DNA of 64,000 bases, from contig JAGVPB010000004.1 in NCBI GenBank assembly GCA_020052415.1, positions 3,326 through 67,325 of the forward strand, read 5' to 3'. A program made the position numbers and the translations under genes. The notes beneath the pieces are model-generated. The model did not search any database. It was given only the letters and a program-made list of their open reading frames with translations, and had not been told where the DNA came from. Source of the DNA: Bacteroidales bacterium. GTDB lineage: Bacteria > Bacteroidota > Bacteroidia > Bacteroidales > JAADJA01. Positions 34,106 to 44,335 of this stretch are shown here, piece after piece. The number at the start of each line of letters is the position of its first letter. The first letter of the stretch is position 1.

Positions 34106-35992
34106 ATGGAACAGTTGGAAAAAAACGATAAATTATTTGGTGAATTTCCGGAAATATCGGCAAAGGAATGGAAAGAAAAAATAAGAGAGGATCTGAAAGG
34201 TGCCGATTATGAAAAGAAACTGGTTTGGAACACCGGCGAAGGTTTTAGGGTGAAACCATTTTATAATTCGGATGATACGGATGAGCTGGCTTTTATAGAA
34301 ATGCTTCCCGGAAAATTTCCATTTATCAGAGGACATAAAATAACAGGGAACGAATGGTATATCCGGCAGGATATTTATGTTGATGATATTAAAACAGCCA
34401 ACAAAAAAGCTCTTGATGTACTGATGAAAGGAGTTACATCGCTCGGCTTTGTCATTGACCCCAAATTCGAACCGAGAATTGACGAGATAGAGTTATTGTG
34501 TGAGAATATTTTTGCCGATGCTGTGGAACTCAATTTTATTTGCTCTCACAATTCTCTGAAGGTTGTTCAGTATGTTGAAAAGTTAGTCAAAAAATATAAC
34601 CGTGATTTGGACAAAATCTATGGTTCCGTTGATTTTGATCCGCTCGGGCAGTTTGCGCTTAAAGGAATTTTCCCGGTATCGGCAGAAACTTCTTTTGATC
34701 TTGCAAAGCAAATGATTGAAACAGCTGCACATCTGCCGCATTTTAAGGTAATAACTGTGAATGGAACTTACTTTCACAATTCCGGTTCATCCATTATTGA
34801 AGAGCTTGCCTTTTCTTTGGCCAAAGGGGCCAATTATCTTACTGAAATAACCGAACGAGGTATTAGTGTAGATAAGATTGCGCCGAGAATTAAATTTCAG
34901 ATGTCGGTGGGTTCGAATTATTTCTTCGAAATCGCCAAGCTGAGGGCAGCAAGATTTTTGTGGGCTCATATTGTTAAAGCCTATGGTTGCGGTTCTGAAA
35001 ATGCCTGCCTGATGAATATTCATTCCACAACTTCCGAATGGAACAAAACAATCTATGATCCGAATGTGAACCTTTTACGTTCAACCACTGAATCCATGTC
35101 GGCTATCCTTGCAGGTACCGATTCGCTTACTGTAAATCCCTTCAATTCAACCTTTGGACAAACAACAGAACTTTCGGAACGAATAGCCCGTAATCAGCAA
35201 TTGCTTCTGAAAGAGGAATCCTATCTGGACAAGGTAGCCGATCCTGCAGCTGGCTCTTATTACATCGAAAACCTTACGGATGCGATTGCAGAACACGCAT
35301 GGAAATTATTTTTAGAGGTCCAGGAAAAGGGCGGATTTCTTGAAGCGTTAAAAGTGGGCTTTATCCAGGATACAATCGAAAAGACAGCAATGGAAAGGGA
35401 TATGGCTATTGCCACAAGGAAAGAAATTTTGCTGGGCACCAACCAATATCCGAACAGAAACGAAGTAATTGAACAACCGTTACCTGAATCCGTTTTCGCA
35501 CCCAAATTAAAAAGTGATAAAAATGCCTCCATTCGTACCTTAAAGACATACAGAGGAGCACAGGCTTTCGAGGAAATGAGATATAAAACGGATTTGTTTA
35601 CCCAAAAGGTAAAGCGTCCGAAAGTTTTTATTATCCCCATTGGCAATCCGGCTATGAAAAGAGCAAGAGCGCAGTTTGCAGGAAATTTTTTCGGTTGTGC
35701 CGGGTTTGAAATCATTGATAATCCCGGATTTAATTCAGTTGATGAAGCAGCAAGAGCTTGTTTAAATGCCAAAGCAGATGTTGCTGTGATCTGCAGTTCA
35801 GATGAGGAATACAGCACCCTTGCTCCCGCCCTATTCGAAATACTGAAAGGCAAAACAATTTTTGTTGTAGCAGGTTTTCCGAAATCAATTATTGATCAGC
35901 TTAAAGACAAAGGAATTGAGCATTTTATTCATGTAAAGTCCAATGTATTGCATACGTTGAGCAAATTTCAGGAAATGATTAAAATAATTTGA
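34106..35992 (+). CDS. mutA: Methylmalonyl-CoA mutase small (beta) subunit
   Basis: 628 aa. Mutase TIM-barrel-like region (RIARNQQLLLKEES, DPAAGSYYIE). The C-terminal flavodoxin-like domain lacks the DxHxxG cobalamin-ligand motif (VICSSDEEY). Confidence 0.88.
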   Translation: MEQLEKNDKLFGEFPEISAKEWKEKIREDLKGADYEKKLVWNTGEGFRVKPFYNSDDTDELAFIEMLPGKFPFIRGHKITGNEWYIRQDIYVDDIKTANKKALDVLMKGVTSLGFVIDPKFEPRIDEIELLCENIFADAVELNFICSHNSLKVVQYVEKLVKKYNRDLDKIYGSVDFDPLGQFALKGIFPVSAETSFDLAKQMIETAAHLPHFKVITVNGTYFHNSGSSIIEELAFSLAKGANYLTEITERGISVDKIAPRIKFQMSVGSNYFFEIAKLRAARFLWAHIVKAYGCGSENACLMNIHSTTSEWNKTIYDPNVNLLRSTTESMSAILAGTDSLTVNPFNSTFGQTTELSERIARNQQLLLKEESYLDKVADPAAGSYYIENLTDAIAEHAWKLFLEVQEKGGFLEALKVGFIQDTIEKTAMERDMAIATRKEILLGTNQYPNRNEVIEQPLPESVFAPKLKSDKNASIRTLKTYRGAQAFEEMRYKTDLFTQKVKRPKVFIIPIGNPAMKRARAQFAGNFFGCAGFEIIDNPGFNSVDEAARACLNAKADVAVICSSDEEYSTLAPALFEILKGKTIFVVAGFPKSIIDQLKDKGIEHFIHVKSNVLHTLSKFQEMIKII

Positions 35993-36049
35993 CGATTTTG
36001 TATTCAGAATATCATTGGAAAAGAATGATAATTATTAGTTAGAACTTTT

Positions 36050-36616
36050 ATGGACGCAAAATCAGACCTTAAACGATTCAAGAAAAATTCAATGGAAAAT
36101 CCGATAGTTAAATATAGTGAAGATATTTCAACTTTAATATACTTTGTCAGGGGCCACAGGATTATGTTGGATTCTGATTTGGCATTGATCTATAATGTAG
36201 AAACAAAACGTCTTAAAGAAGCTGTGAGAAGAAATATTGAAAGATTTCCTGATGATTTCATGTTTGAATTAACTCAGCTGGAACATCAGTCTTTAAGGTC
36301 GCAAAATTCGTCCTTAAAAAGAGGAAAACATTCCAAATACTTACCTTTCGCTTTTACTGAGCATGGTGCTATAATGCTTGCCAGTATTCTCCGTAGTCCT
36401 GTCGCAGTTAATGCAAGTATACAAGTTGTTCGGGCATTTGTAAAACTTAGAGAAGTTCTTTCTTCAAATAGTGGATTGGCAAAAAAGTTTGAAGAATTAG
36501 AGAAAAAATATGACAAACAATTTAAAGTAGTCTTTGAGGCAATCAGGCAATTAATGTCACCGGAAAAAACAGAGAGAGAGCCGGTTGGATTTAAAATTAA
36601 ATCGAACAATAAATGA
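36050..36616 (+). CDS. ORF6N (KilA-N-related) DNA-binding domain protein
   Basis: 188 aa; [46 protein letters not shown] matches my memory of the ORF6N domain. Coiled-coil-like C-terminus. The stop overlaps mutB ATG 36613 (ATGA). Confidence 0.75.
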   Translation: MDAKSDLKRFKKNSMENPIVKYSEDISTLIYFVRGHRIMLDSDLALIYNVETKRLKEAVRRNIERFPDDFMFELTQLEHQSLRSQNSSLKRGKHSKYLPFAFTEHGAIMLASILRSPVAVNASIQVVRAFVKLREVLSSNSGLAKKFEELEKKYDKQFKVVFEAIRQLMSPEKTEREPVGFKIKSNNK

Positions 36617-38778
36617 ATTTTATGAAGCCGAATTTTCATAACATTAATATCAGATCGAAATCAAAAAGTAATATTGATCTCCGCCAATGGGAACTTGAAA
36701 ACCGTGTTTCGAAAGACTGGAAGCCGGCAGAGCAAATTGATGTTAAATCTGTATATACCAGGGATGATTTGAAAGAGGTGGAGCATTTGAATTACGCAGC
36801 AGGCATTCCACCCTATTTACGGGGGCCTTATTCCACAATGTATGTGACGCAACCCTGGACCATCAGGCAGTATGCCGGATTTTCAACTGCCGAGGAATCA
36901 AATGCCTTTTACAGGCGAAACCTGGCTGCAGGTCAGAAAGGATTATCCATTGCATTTGATCTTGCGACCCACCGTGGCTATGATTCTGATCATCCCAGAG
37001 TTGAAGGTGATGTCGGTAAGGCGGGAGTGGCTGTTGATTCTATCCTCGACATGAATATACTGTTCGATCACATACCACTTAACCAGATGACCGTTTCGAT
37101 GACCATGAACGGCGCAGTGATCCCTGTACTTGCTTTTTATATTGTTTCGGCTCTGGAACAGGGAGTGAAGTTTGAAGAAATGGCCGGTACGATACAAAAC
37201 GATATCCTGAAGGAATTCATGGTTCGAAACACGTACATCTATCCTCCAGCTCCATCCATGAGAATCATCGCAGATATTTTTGAGTTTACCTCGAAAAAAA
37301 TGCCCAAGTTCAATTCGATAAGTATAAGCGGCTATCACATGCAGGAGGCAGGAGCCACCGCCGATCTGGAACTGGCTTACACCCTGGCTGACGGACTTGA
37401 ATACCTCAGGGCCGGAGTGAATACAGGAATGGACATTGATTCCTTTGCTCCCCGTTTATCCTTTTTTTGGGGCATCGGTATGAACCATTTTATGGAAATT
37501 GCAAAAATGCGGGCTGCACGTATGTTATGGGCTAAGCTGGTCAATCAGTTCAATCCGAAAAATCCCAAATCGCTTGCCTTGCGAACCCATTGCCAAACCT
37601 CTGGCTGGAGCCTCACCGCTCAGGATCCATTCAATAATGTCACCCGAACATGTGTTGAAGCGTTGGGAGCCGTATTGGGCCATACTCAATCATTACATAC
37701 AAATGCAATGGATGAAGCCATTGCCCTTCCAACCGAATTTTCTGCAAGGATAGCCAGGAATACTCAAATCTATATTCAGGAGGAGACCAATGTTTGCCGC
37801 ACTGTTGACCCCTGGGCTGGTTCCTATTATGTTGAATCGCTTACCCATGAACTGGCGCACAAAGCATGGAAACTGATTCAGGAAGTTGAAAAACTTGGCG
37901 GAATGGCTAAAGCAATCGAAACAGGCATTCCAAAGATGAGAATTGAAGAAGCGGCAGCACGGAAACAGGGCAGGATAGATTCAAATAAAGATACCATTGT
38001 TGGAGTTAATAAATACCGGCTCGAAAAACAGGATCCTATTGAAATACTTGAAATTGACAACACGGCAGTCAGGGAATCTCAAATCAGACGGCTTGAAATG
38101 CTCCGGGCAAACCGGAATGACGATGATGTGAGAGCCGCTTTAAACGCAATTACCCGGGCAAGTGAATCCGGAAAGGGTAACTTACTCGAACTTGCCATTG
38201 ATGCAGCAAAAAAAAGAGCAAGTCTTGGTGAGATATCAACAGCAATGGAAAAAGTATTCGGACGATATAAGGCAGATATAAAAGCAATTTCAGGTGTTTA
38301 TTATTCCGAAAGCAAGGGAGATGCAAGTTTTAAAACAGCCTGTGAACTGGCCAACAAATTTGCCTCACTTGAAGGGCGCAGACCAAGAATTATGGTGGCA
38401 AAAATGGGTCAGGACGGGCATGATCGCGGCGCTAAAGTAGTTTCGACAGGATTTGCAGATATCGGATTCGATGTGGATATCGGGCCTTTGTTCCAGACAC
38501 CGGAAGAAGCGGCAAGACAGGCAGTGGAAAACGATGTTCATATTCTCGGGATTTCGAGCCTTGCTGCCGGACACAAAACGCTGGTGCCACAGGTAATAGC
38601 CGAACTTAATAAGCTTGGCAGGGAAGACATCATGGTGATCGTTGGGGGCGTGATCCCGCCGCAGGATTATAACTTTCTTTATAAAGCAGGTGTGCTGGCT
38701 ATTTTCGGACCCGGATCGGTAATTTCGGATGCAGGGATTAAACTGCTGGAGATTTTGATTGAAGCGAGGGAGGGGTGA
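36613..38778 (+). CDS. mutB: Methylmalonyl-CoA mutase large (alpha) subunit
   Basis: 721 aa; [32 protein letters not shown], and the B12-binding [11 protein letters not shown] (DxHxxG) motif. Alternative start ATG 36622. Confidence 0.95.
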   Translation: MNFMKPNFHNINIRSKSKSNIDLRQWELENRVSKDWKPAEQIDVKSVYTRDDLKEVEHLNYAAGIPPYLRGPYSTMYVTQPWTIRQYAGFSTAEESNAFYRRNLAAGQKGLSIAFDLATHRGYDSDHPRVEGDVGKAGVAVDSILDMNILFDHIPLNQMTVSMTMNGAVIPVLAFYIVSALEQGVKFEEMAGTIQNDILKEFMVRNTYIYPPAPSMRIIADIFEFTSKKMPKFNSISISGYHMQEAGATADLELAYTLADGLEYLRAGVNTGMDIDSFAPRLSFFWGIGMNHFMEIAKMRAARMLWAKLVNQFNPKNPKSLALRTHCQTSGWSLTAQDPFNNVTRTCVEALGAVLGHTQSLHTNAMDEAIALPTEFSARIARNTQIYIQEETNVCRTVDPWAGSYYVESLTHELAHKAWKLIQEVEKLGGMAKAIETGIPKMRIEEAAARKQGRIDSNKDTIVGVNKYRLEKQDPIEILEIDNTAVRESQIRRLEMLRANRNDDDVRAALNAITRASESGKGNLLELAIDAAKKRASLGEISTAMEKVFGRYKADIKAISGVYYSESKGDASFKTACELANKFASLEGRRPRIMVAKMGQDGHDRGAKVVSTGFADIGFDVDIGPLFQTPEEAARQAVENDVHILGISSLAAGHKTLVPQVIAELNKLGREDIMVIVGGVIPPQDYNFLYKAGVLAIFGPGSVISDAGIKLLEILIEAREG

Positions 38779-38894
38779 AAGTGTTAAATGGTTAAAGTGT
38801 TTGCCGTAGGCATCCCTTCGGGAAAATTGTTAAATTGCGAAGGTTGATAGTTCAAGTTTCGGACAGAGAACTGAGAACTGAGAACTTCGATCTC

Positions 38895-39611
38895 TTACAA
38901 ATCCAGATTAAACTGAACCTTATATTCCATAGATTTCAATTCAAGGGCAACCAGATTTCCGAATCCTTCGCGCTTAATCATGTAAGAGCCGTTGTCGAGA
39001 TCAATGAACCTGTAGTTTTTGTTTTTAATACTCAAATCAATAAATTCAAGACTTACGGGCACGTGCCCGTGTATGATTCTTTTATTGCCAATCTTGTCCA
39101 AATCAATGTCGTATTCGCGAATCCAAAGCATCGAATCTTTGTCTTTAAAAGGATTTTCCAGTTTAAAATTGAAGCCGGCATGAACAAGGTAAAAATTATC
39201 GTGCTCGATAAAGTACTCAAGGTTCTTCATCCATTCGAGATATTCGGCAGGAAATTCTTTAAGGTGGGTTAACTTGAAACTTTTCATGGTTTCCTTTCCG
39301 CCATGAAAAAACCACTCCTCTTTTTTCCTGTTCTTTCTTCTGATACCCATGAAGCTCTTCAGTTTCGCTTCCTCCTCAAATGCCTTTAAAAGAAAGTCTT
39401 CATGATTTCCCATTAAAGTCCTGATATTGTATTGCTCTCTCTGAAGGTATATGATATAATCTATTACTTCTTTCGAAGATGGGCCGCGGTCAATATAATC
39501 CCCTAAAAAATACAACCAGTCATGCTTCGACGGTTGGATCAAATCCTCAATCAGCGCCTGAAGTGTTTTCGCGCATCCGTGTATGTCAGGAATTACCCAG
39601 TGTTCTCTCAT
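38895..39611 (-). CDS. Metallophosphoesterase (PPP-family Ser/Thr phosphatase / ApaH-like)
   Basis: 238 aa; PDIHGC, GDYIDRG and GNHE motifs in canonical order. Confidence 0.85.
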   Translation of the reverse strand: MREHWVIPDIHGCAKTLQALIEDLIQPSKHDWLYFLGDYIDRGPSSKEVIDYIIYLQREQYNIRTLMGNHEDFLLKAFEEEAKLKSFMGIRRKNRKKEEWFFHGGKETMKSFKLTHLKEFPAEYLEWMKNLEYFIEHDNFYLVHAGFNFKLENPFKDKDSMLWIREYDIDLDKIGNKRIIHGHVPVSLEFIDLSIKNKNYRFIDLDNGSYMIKREGFGNLVALELKSMEYKVQFNLDL

Positions 39612-39757
39612 TTTTGCAGTTCAATTGTAGTTCTAATTCGATGCGGGTTAAATTTTTCAGTATTAGTGTCGCAGAAAATAACCTTTACTTCAATGCAGGA
39701 TTATTAATTGGACCAAACCCGTATCAATTGTCAGTTTTAAATAAATCAATACCGGAA

Positions 39758-40504
39758 CTATTTTTTCTTTGCCTGGTTTGCAACCTGCTCCATCAGCTTT
39801 TTGATTTCTTCCGGATCTCCAATAAAGTAATCTTTTAACAGTTTCATATTGTCGTCGAACTCAAAAACATAAGGAATTCCTGTAGGGATGTTGAATTGAA
39901 TGATTTCATCCTCTCCCATATTTTTGAGATATTTTACTATCCCTCTTAAGCTGTTTCCGTGCGCGGCGACAAGTACCTCTTTGTGTGTTCGAAGTGACCT
40001 GGAAATTTCATTCTCCCAGTAGGGAATAATCCGGTTCACAGTGTCCTTTAAGGCTTCAGCAGCAGGAAGCTCTTTTGCAGTAAGTTCTGCATAACGGGGA
40101 TCATTCCCGGGGTGGCGTTCATCGTCCAATGCGAGTGGCTCGGGAGGTGTTGAATAGCTGCGGCGCCAGATCAGAACCTGCTCATCACCATATTTTTCGG
40201 CAGTTTCCAGCTTGTTCAAACCCTGCAATTTACCGTAATGCTTTTCGTTAAGCCTCCAGGATTTATAAACCGGAATCCACATCAGATCCATCTGTTCGAG
40301 AATGATCCAAAGGGTTTTAATGGCACGGGTTAAATAAGAGGTATAAGCCACCTTAAACGAAAATCCCTGTTCTTTTAAAACCTTTCCTGCATCAAAGGCT
40401 TCCTGAATGCCTTTTTCCGATAATCCGACATCCTTCCATCCGGTGAACCTGTTTTCCTTATTCCAGATACTTTCACCATGGCGGATCAACACAAGTTTCA
40501 ACAT
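39758..40504 (-). CDS. gpmA: 2,3-bisphosphoglycerate-dependent phosphoglycerate mutase
   Basis: 248 aa; [18 protein letters not shown] and AAHGNSLRG motifs. Confidence 0.95.
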   Translation of the reverse strand: MLKLVLIRHGESIWNKENRFTGWKDVGLSEKGIQEAFDAGKVLKEQGFSFKVAYTSYLTRAIKTLWIILEQMDLMWIPVYKSWRLNEKHYGKLQGLNKLETAEKYGDEQVLIWRRSYSTPPEPLALDDERHPGNDPRYAELTAKELPAAEALKDTVNRIIPYWENEISRSLRTHKEVLVAAHGNSLRGIVKYLKNMGEDEIIQFNIPTGIPYVFEFDDNMKLLKDYFIGDPEEIKKLMEQVANQAKKK

Positions 40505-40530
40505 AGTATTTTTCTTATAATTTCAGCGTG

Positions 40531-40538
40531 CAAAAGTA
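40531..40538 (-). promoter_or_regulatory. Bacteroidetes-type -7 promoter box upstream of gpmA
   Basis: Reverse complement TACTTTTG matches TAnnTTTG; 26 nt upstream of ATG 40504. Confidence 0.5.
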
Positions 40539-40639
40539 TGTATTATTAGAATTAAGGCAAAAATTACTTCTCACCCTTCTGCTGTTTCAGGATTGCTTAT
40601 ATTTTATACTTTCGCATAAGATTTAATTTCCATATAACA

Positions 40640-43600
40640 ATGAATAATTACAGTAAATTAAACAATATCCTTGGATGGATTGTTTTCGCTATTGCTTCGA
40701 CAACTTATATAATGACCTCGGAGCCGACAGCCAGTTTCTGGGATTGCGGAGAGTATGTCGCAACGGCTTTTAAACTTCAGGTCGGTCATCCGCCTGGTGC
40801 ACCCTTGTTTCAACTTATCGGAAGATTCTTTACATTGTTTGCTTTTGGGAATATCTCTGATGTTGCGATGATGATCAATATTATGTCGGCATTGGCAAGC
40901 GGTTTCACAATATTATTTCTGTTCTGGTCATTGGCCATTTTGGTTAAAAAGCTGGCCATACGCTCAGGCGTTTTGACTCAATGGAAGATGATTGCAGTTT
41001 TTGGCAGCGCTGCTGTTGGCTCTTTGGCTTACACTTTTTCCGATTCATTCTGGTTCTCTGCAGTGGAAGGCGAAGTCTATGCGATGTCGTCTTTTTTTAC
41101 TGCCCTTGTTTTTTGGGCCATTCTAAAATGGGAAGAAAACGCCGGTGAAAAAAATGCCTTTCGCTGGCTTATTTTCATTGCTTATATGGTTGGCTTATCC
41201 ATTGGCGTCCACCTTTTAAACCTGCTCGCAATACCTGCCATTGCTTTTGTTTACTACTTTAAAAAGCACACACAATCAAATGCCAAAGGTATTATTCTTA
41301 CTTTTTTAATTTCCATCCTGATCCTTGGATTTGTAATGAATGGCATTATTCCATGGATCGTAAAGCTGGCCGGGTATTTCGAATTATTTTTTATCAATAT
41401 CATAGGATTACCCTTTAATTCAGGAACCATCATTTATTTTCTTCTGATCATCGCAGGAATTTATTTTGGAATCCGATATACCCGGAAAAATCAGAAAACT
41501 ATTTTAAACGCAATAATTTGGGGTTTGACTTTTATCCTGATCGGTTATTCTTCATTCTTTTTGCTGATCATTCGCTCCAATGCAAATACTCCTATAGATG
41601 AAAACAGTCCTGAAGATGCCATCAGCCTTTTAGCTTATCTTAACCGGGAACAATATGGCGACTGGCCAGTAATTCACGGACAATATTTCAATGCTCCCGT
41701 AAGCGGCAGAAAGGATGGGACTCCTGTTTACCGCAAAAACAGGGAAAGTGGCAGGTATGAAATACTCGATCACAGAAAAGGTACCATCCCGGTATATGCT
41801 GCGGAATTCACTACTCTGTTTCCGAGAATGTGGAATGATACCGAACAAAGATATATTGATGATTATAAAACCTGGAGCGGGATGAAAGGGATTCCGACCA
41901 GTGTCACGGATGAATACGGAGAGAAAGAAGTTTTAAATAAACCGACATTTGCCGAGAACTTTCGCTTCTTTTTCAGGTACCAGGTTGTTCACATGTATTT
42001 CAGGTATTTAATGTGGAATTTTGCCGGACGACAAAACGATATCCAGGGTATGGCCGATAAAAAAAACGGGAACTGGATAAGCGGGATTCGCTTTTTAGAT
42101 CATGCCCGCCTCGGTCCTGTCCTGGATGTCCCTGCCAGCCTGAAAAACAAGGCTACCAACAAATTTTACCTTTTACCATTGATTTTAGGTTTGACCGGAC
42201 TCATTTATCAGTTTCGATCCGATAAACGGAACTTTCTGGTTATCGGTTTGCTATTTATAATGACAGGGATTGCAATTGTCATTTACCTGAATCAGCATTC
42301 ACCTCAGCCCCGTGAAAGGGATTATGCTTATGCAGCCTCATTTTACGCTTTTTCAATTTGGATTGGTTTGGGTGTTTATGCGATATTTGAAATTTTAAAC
42401 AGAAAAATTTCTGCGAAATGGGCTGCCATTTCGGCAACACTCGGCGCTTTTCTTTTAGTTCCTTGTATAATGGCAAAGGAAGGCTGGGACGATCATGACC
42501 GTTCCGGCAGATACACTGCTCTTGCCATTGCCAACAACTACCTCAACTCATGTGCTCCGAACGCCATATTATTTACAAACGGAGATAATGATACTTTTCC
42601 ATTGTGGTACACTCAGGAGGTGGAAGGTATCCGAACCGACGTCAGAGTTATTAATCTTAGCCTGCTCAATACCGAATGGTATATCCAACAATTAAAACGA
42701 AAAGCTTACAAATCCGAACCGGTTCCATTTTCTTTACCCTGGGAAAAGTACAAAGAGGGATCGGGAAATTACACATATTTTCTTGAAAATGAGAACATAA
42801 AGGGGAATGTGGAACTCAAGCAATTATTTGACCTGATGAAGACCGATCCGTCAAAACTAAAGATGCAAAGCAGGATCGGGCCGATTGATTATTTCCCTGC
42901 CAAAAAATTTAAAATTACAATAGATCGTGACCAGGTTTTAAAAACAGGAACGGTATCAAAGCAAAGCGTTGATTTGATTGAAAAAGAAATAGCCTGGACA
43001 ATTAACCGAAACGGTATTACTAAAAATTTTTTAATGGTTCTCGATTTGCTTGCTACCAACAACTGGGAAAGGCCTGTTTATTTTGCAATCAGTACGGGAA
43101 GCAGCGCCTACATAGGATTACAGGATTATTTCCAGCTTGAAGGTATGGCCTATCGGCTGGTTCCAATAAAAAATACAGGCAAGGACGGACAGGAGGGAAG
43201 AGTTGAAACAAGGATTATGTTCGATAACCTGATTAATAAATATCGCTTTGGCAACATGAGCGATCCGGACATTTATCTTGATGAAACCAATATGAGAATG
43301 ACGCTGAACCTCAGAAATAATTTTTACCGGCTTTCGAACAAGCTGATAGAGGAGGGCAAAAACGACTCGGCAAGAATTGTTCTTAACCGTTGTATCAAGG
43401 AACTTCCGGATAAAACCATCCCATATAATTACTTCGTAATGCCCATTGCTGAAGGTTATTACAGGATCGGGGATATCGAAAAGGGTAATGCCATTTATAG
43501 CCGTATGATCGAAATTATTATAGAACAACTGGAATATTACTTTAAGTTCAGTGGTAGTTTTAAAACCGGCTATGATATTGAGAAGGAACAAAATCTTGCC

Positions 43601-43708
43601 ATGCTGCAAAAAATAGCGCAGCTCACCGCTCGTTACAAACAAGATAATTTGACACAAAAAGCCGGAGATGAATTTGATCGCTATTACAAACTGTACACTC
43701 ACAAATGA
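40640..43708 (+). CDS. DUF2723-type polytopic membrane glycosyltransferase-like protein
   Basis: 1022 aa; N-terminal TASFWDCGEYVATAFKLQVGHPPGAPLF followed by more than 10 hydrophobic helices; large soluble TPR-like C-terminal half. Confidence 0.75.
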   Translation: MNNYSKLNNILGWIVFAIASTTYIMTSEPTASFWDCGEYVATAFKLQVGHPPGAPLFQLIGRFFTLFAFGNISDVAMMINIMSALASGFTILFLFWSLAILVKKLAIRSGVLTQWKMIAVFGSAAVGSLAYTFSDSFWFSAVEGEVYAMSSFFTALVFWAILKWEENAGEKNAFRWLIFIAYMVGLSIGVHLLNLLAIPAIAFVYYFKKHTQSNAKGIILTFLISILILGFVMNGIIPWIVKLAGYFELFFINIIGLPFNSGTIIYFLLIIAGIYFGIRYTRKNQKTILNAIIWGLTFILIGYSSFFLLIIRSNANTPIDENSPEDAISLLAYLNREQYGDWPVIHGQYFNAPVSGRKDGTPVYRKNRESGRYEILDHRKGTIPVYAAEFTTLFPRMWNDTEQRYIDDYKTWSGMKGIPTSVTDEYGEKEVLNKPTFAENFRFFFRYQVVHMYFRYLMWNFAGRQNDIQGMADKKNGNWISGIRFLDHARLGPVLDVPASLKNKATNKFYLLPLILGLTGLIYQFRSDKRNFLVIGLLFIMTGIAIVIYLNQHSPQPRERDYAYAASFYAFSIWIGLGVYAIFEILNRKISAKWAAISATLGAFLLVPCIMAKEGWDDHDRSGRYTALAIANNYLNSCAPNAILFTNGDNDTFPLWYTQEVEGIRTDVRVINLSLLNTEWYIQQLKRKAYKSEPVPFSLPWEKYKEGSGNYTYFLENENIKGNVELKQLFDLMKTDPSKLKMQSRIGPIDYFPAKKFKITIDRDQVLKTGTVSKQSVDLIEKEIAWTINRNGITKNFLMVLDLLATNNWERPVYFAISTGSSAYIGLQDYFQLEGMAYRLVPIKNTGKDGQEGRVETRIMFDNLINKYRFGNMSDPDIYLDETNMRMTLNLRNNFYRLSNKLIEEGKNDSARIVLNRCIKELPDKTIPYNYFVMPIAEGYYRIGDIEKGNAIYSRMIEIIIEQLEYYFKFSGSFKTGYDIEKEQNLAMLQKIAQLTARYKQDNLTQKAGDEFDRYYKLYTHK

Positions 43709-43884
43709 ACCAGGGAAATTTAATTCGTTAAATCCTTTTATTTAATTTGACTTTTTTATTATTTTGCAAACCAGATACAGAGCCGTAGAATGTTGTTTAA
43801 TAATTATTAGATCATTTGACAACATATTGACAACTTCTAATGTTTTAATAGAGTCTATATGTTACAATTCAAGGTAAATTATTA

Positions 43885-44205
43885 ATGTCAGACTTTGATT
43901 TTTTAAACCCGGAGTTTCTATTCATTTGTGGTATTGTGTATATTTTTTTGGCAATTTCTGTTGCCAGATTAGGTACTTACCGGGCATGTGGTGGCTTAAA
44001 AGCGATGATATTCAGTATTTTGTTTACCCCGGTTATCGGATTGATTTATGTTCTTAATTCCAGGGAAAAACATGTATTAAAAATTGTTCATTACCGTTGT
44101 CCATCCTGTGATCTTGAATATACCAGCAATCACCGGTATTGTCCTTCATGTGAAAAAGATGGAAGGAAAGTCCATCTTGAAAGAATCAGCATGAGAACTT
44201 ATTAA
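43885..44205 (+). CDS. Small membrane protein with C-terminal zinc ribbon
   Basis: 106 aa; two hydrophobic helices, then CPSC-x13-CPSC. Confidence 0.45.
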   Translation: MSDFDFLNPEFLFICGIVYIFLAISVARLGTYRACGGLKAMIFSILFTPVIGLIYVLNSREKHVLKIVHYRCPSCDLEYTSNHRYCPSCEKDGRKVHLERISMRTY

Positions 44206-44335
44206 TATCATTTAAGAACTTGCCTGTAATTTAATTTTTAGTTTCAAGTCATCCTGTTAATTCCTTATACAGTATTAATTTCTCTTTATCCGGGTGATTA
44301 TTACATGTTAAGAAACTATTTGTATTTTTACCCCT

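Noticed and set aside
35260-35853. Long antisense ORFs inside well-supported genes. Examples: 35260-35853(-) in mutA, 43118-43702(-) in the DUF2723 gene, 50267-50896(-) in the M1 peptidase, 38835-39272(+) opposite the phosphatase, 8962-9420(+) and 9569-9943(+) in the VIT-vWA gene, 27900-28316(-), 29010-29405(-) and 30024-30449(-) in the CotH gene, 36286-36639(-) and 36943-37338(-)
   Set aside because: Each lies entirely within, and opposite to, an ORF with clear family motifs. Their translated sequences are low-complexity or odd in composition with no recognisable domains, which is typical of shadow ORFs.
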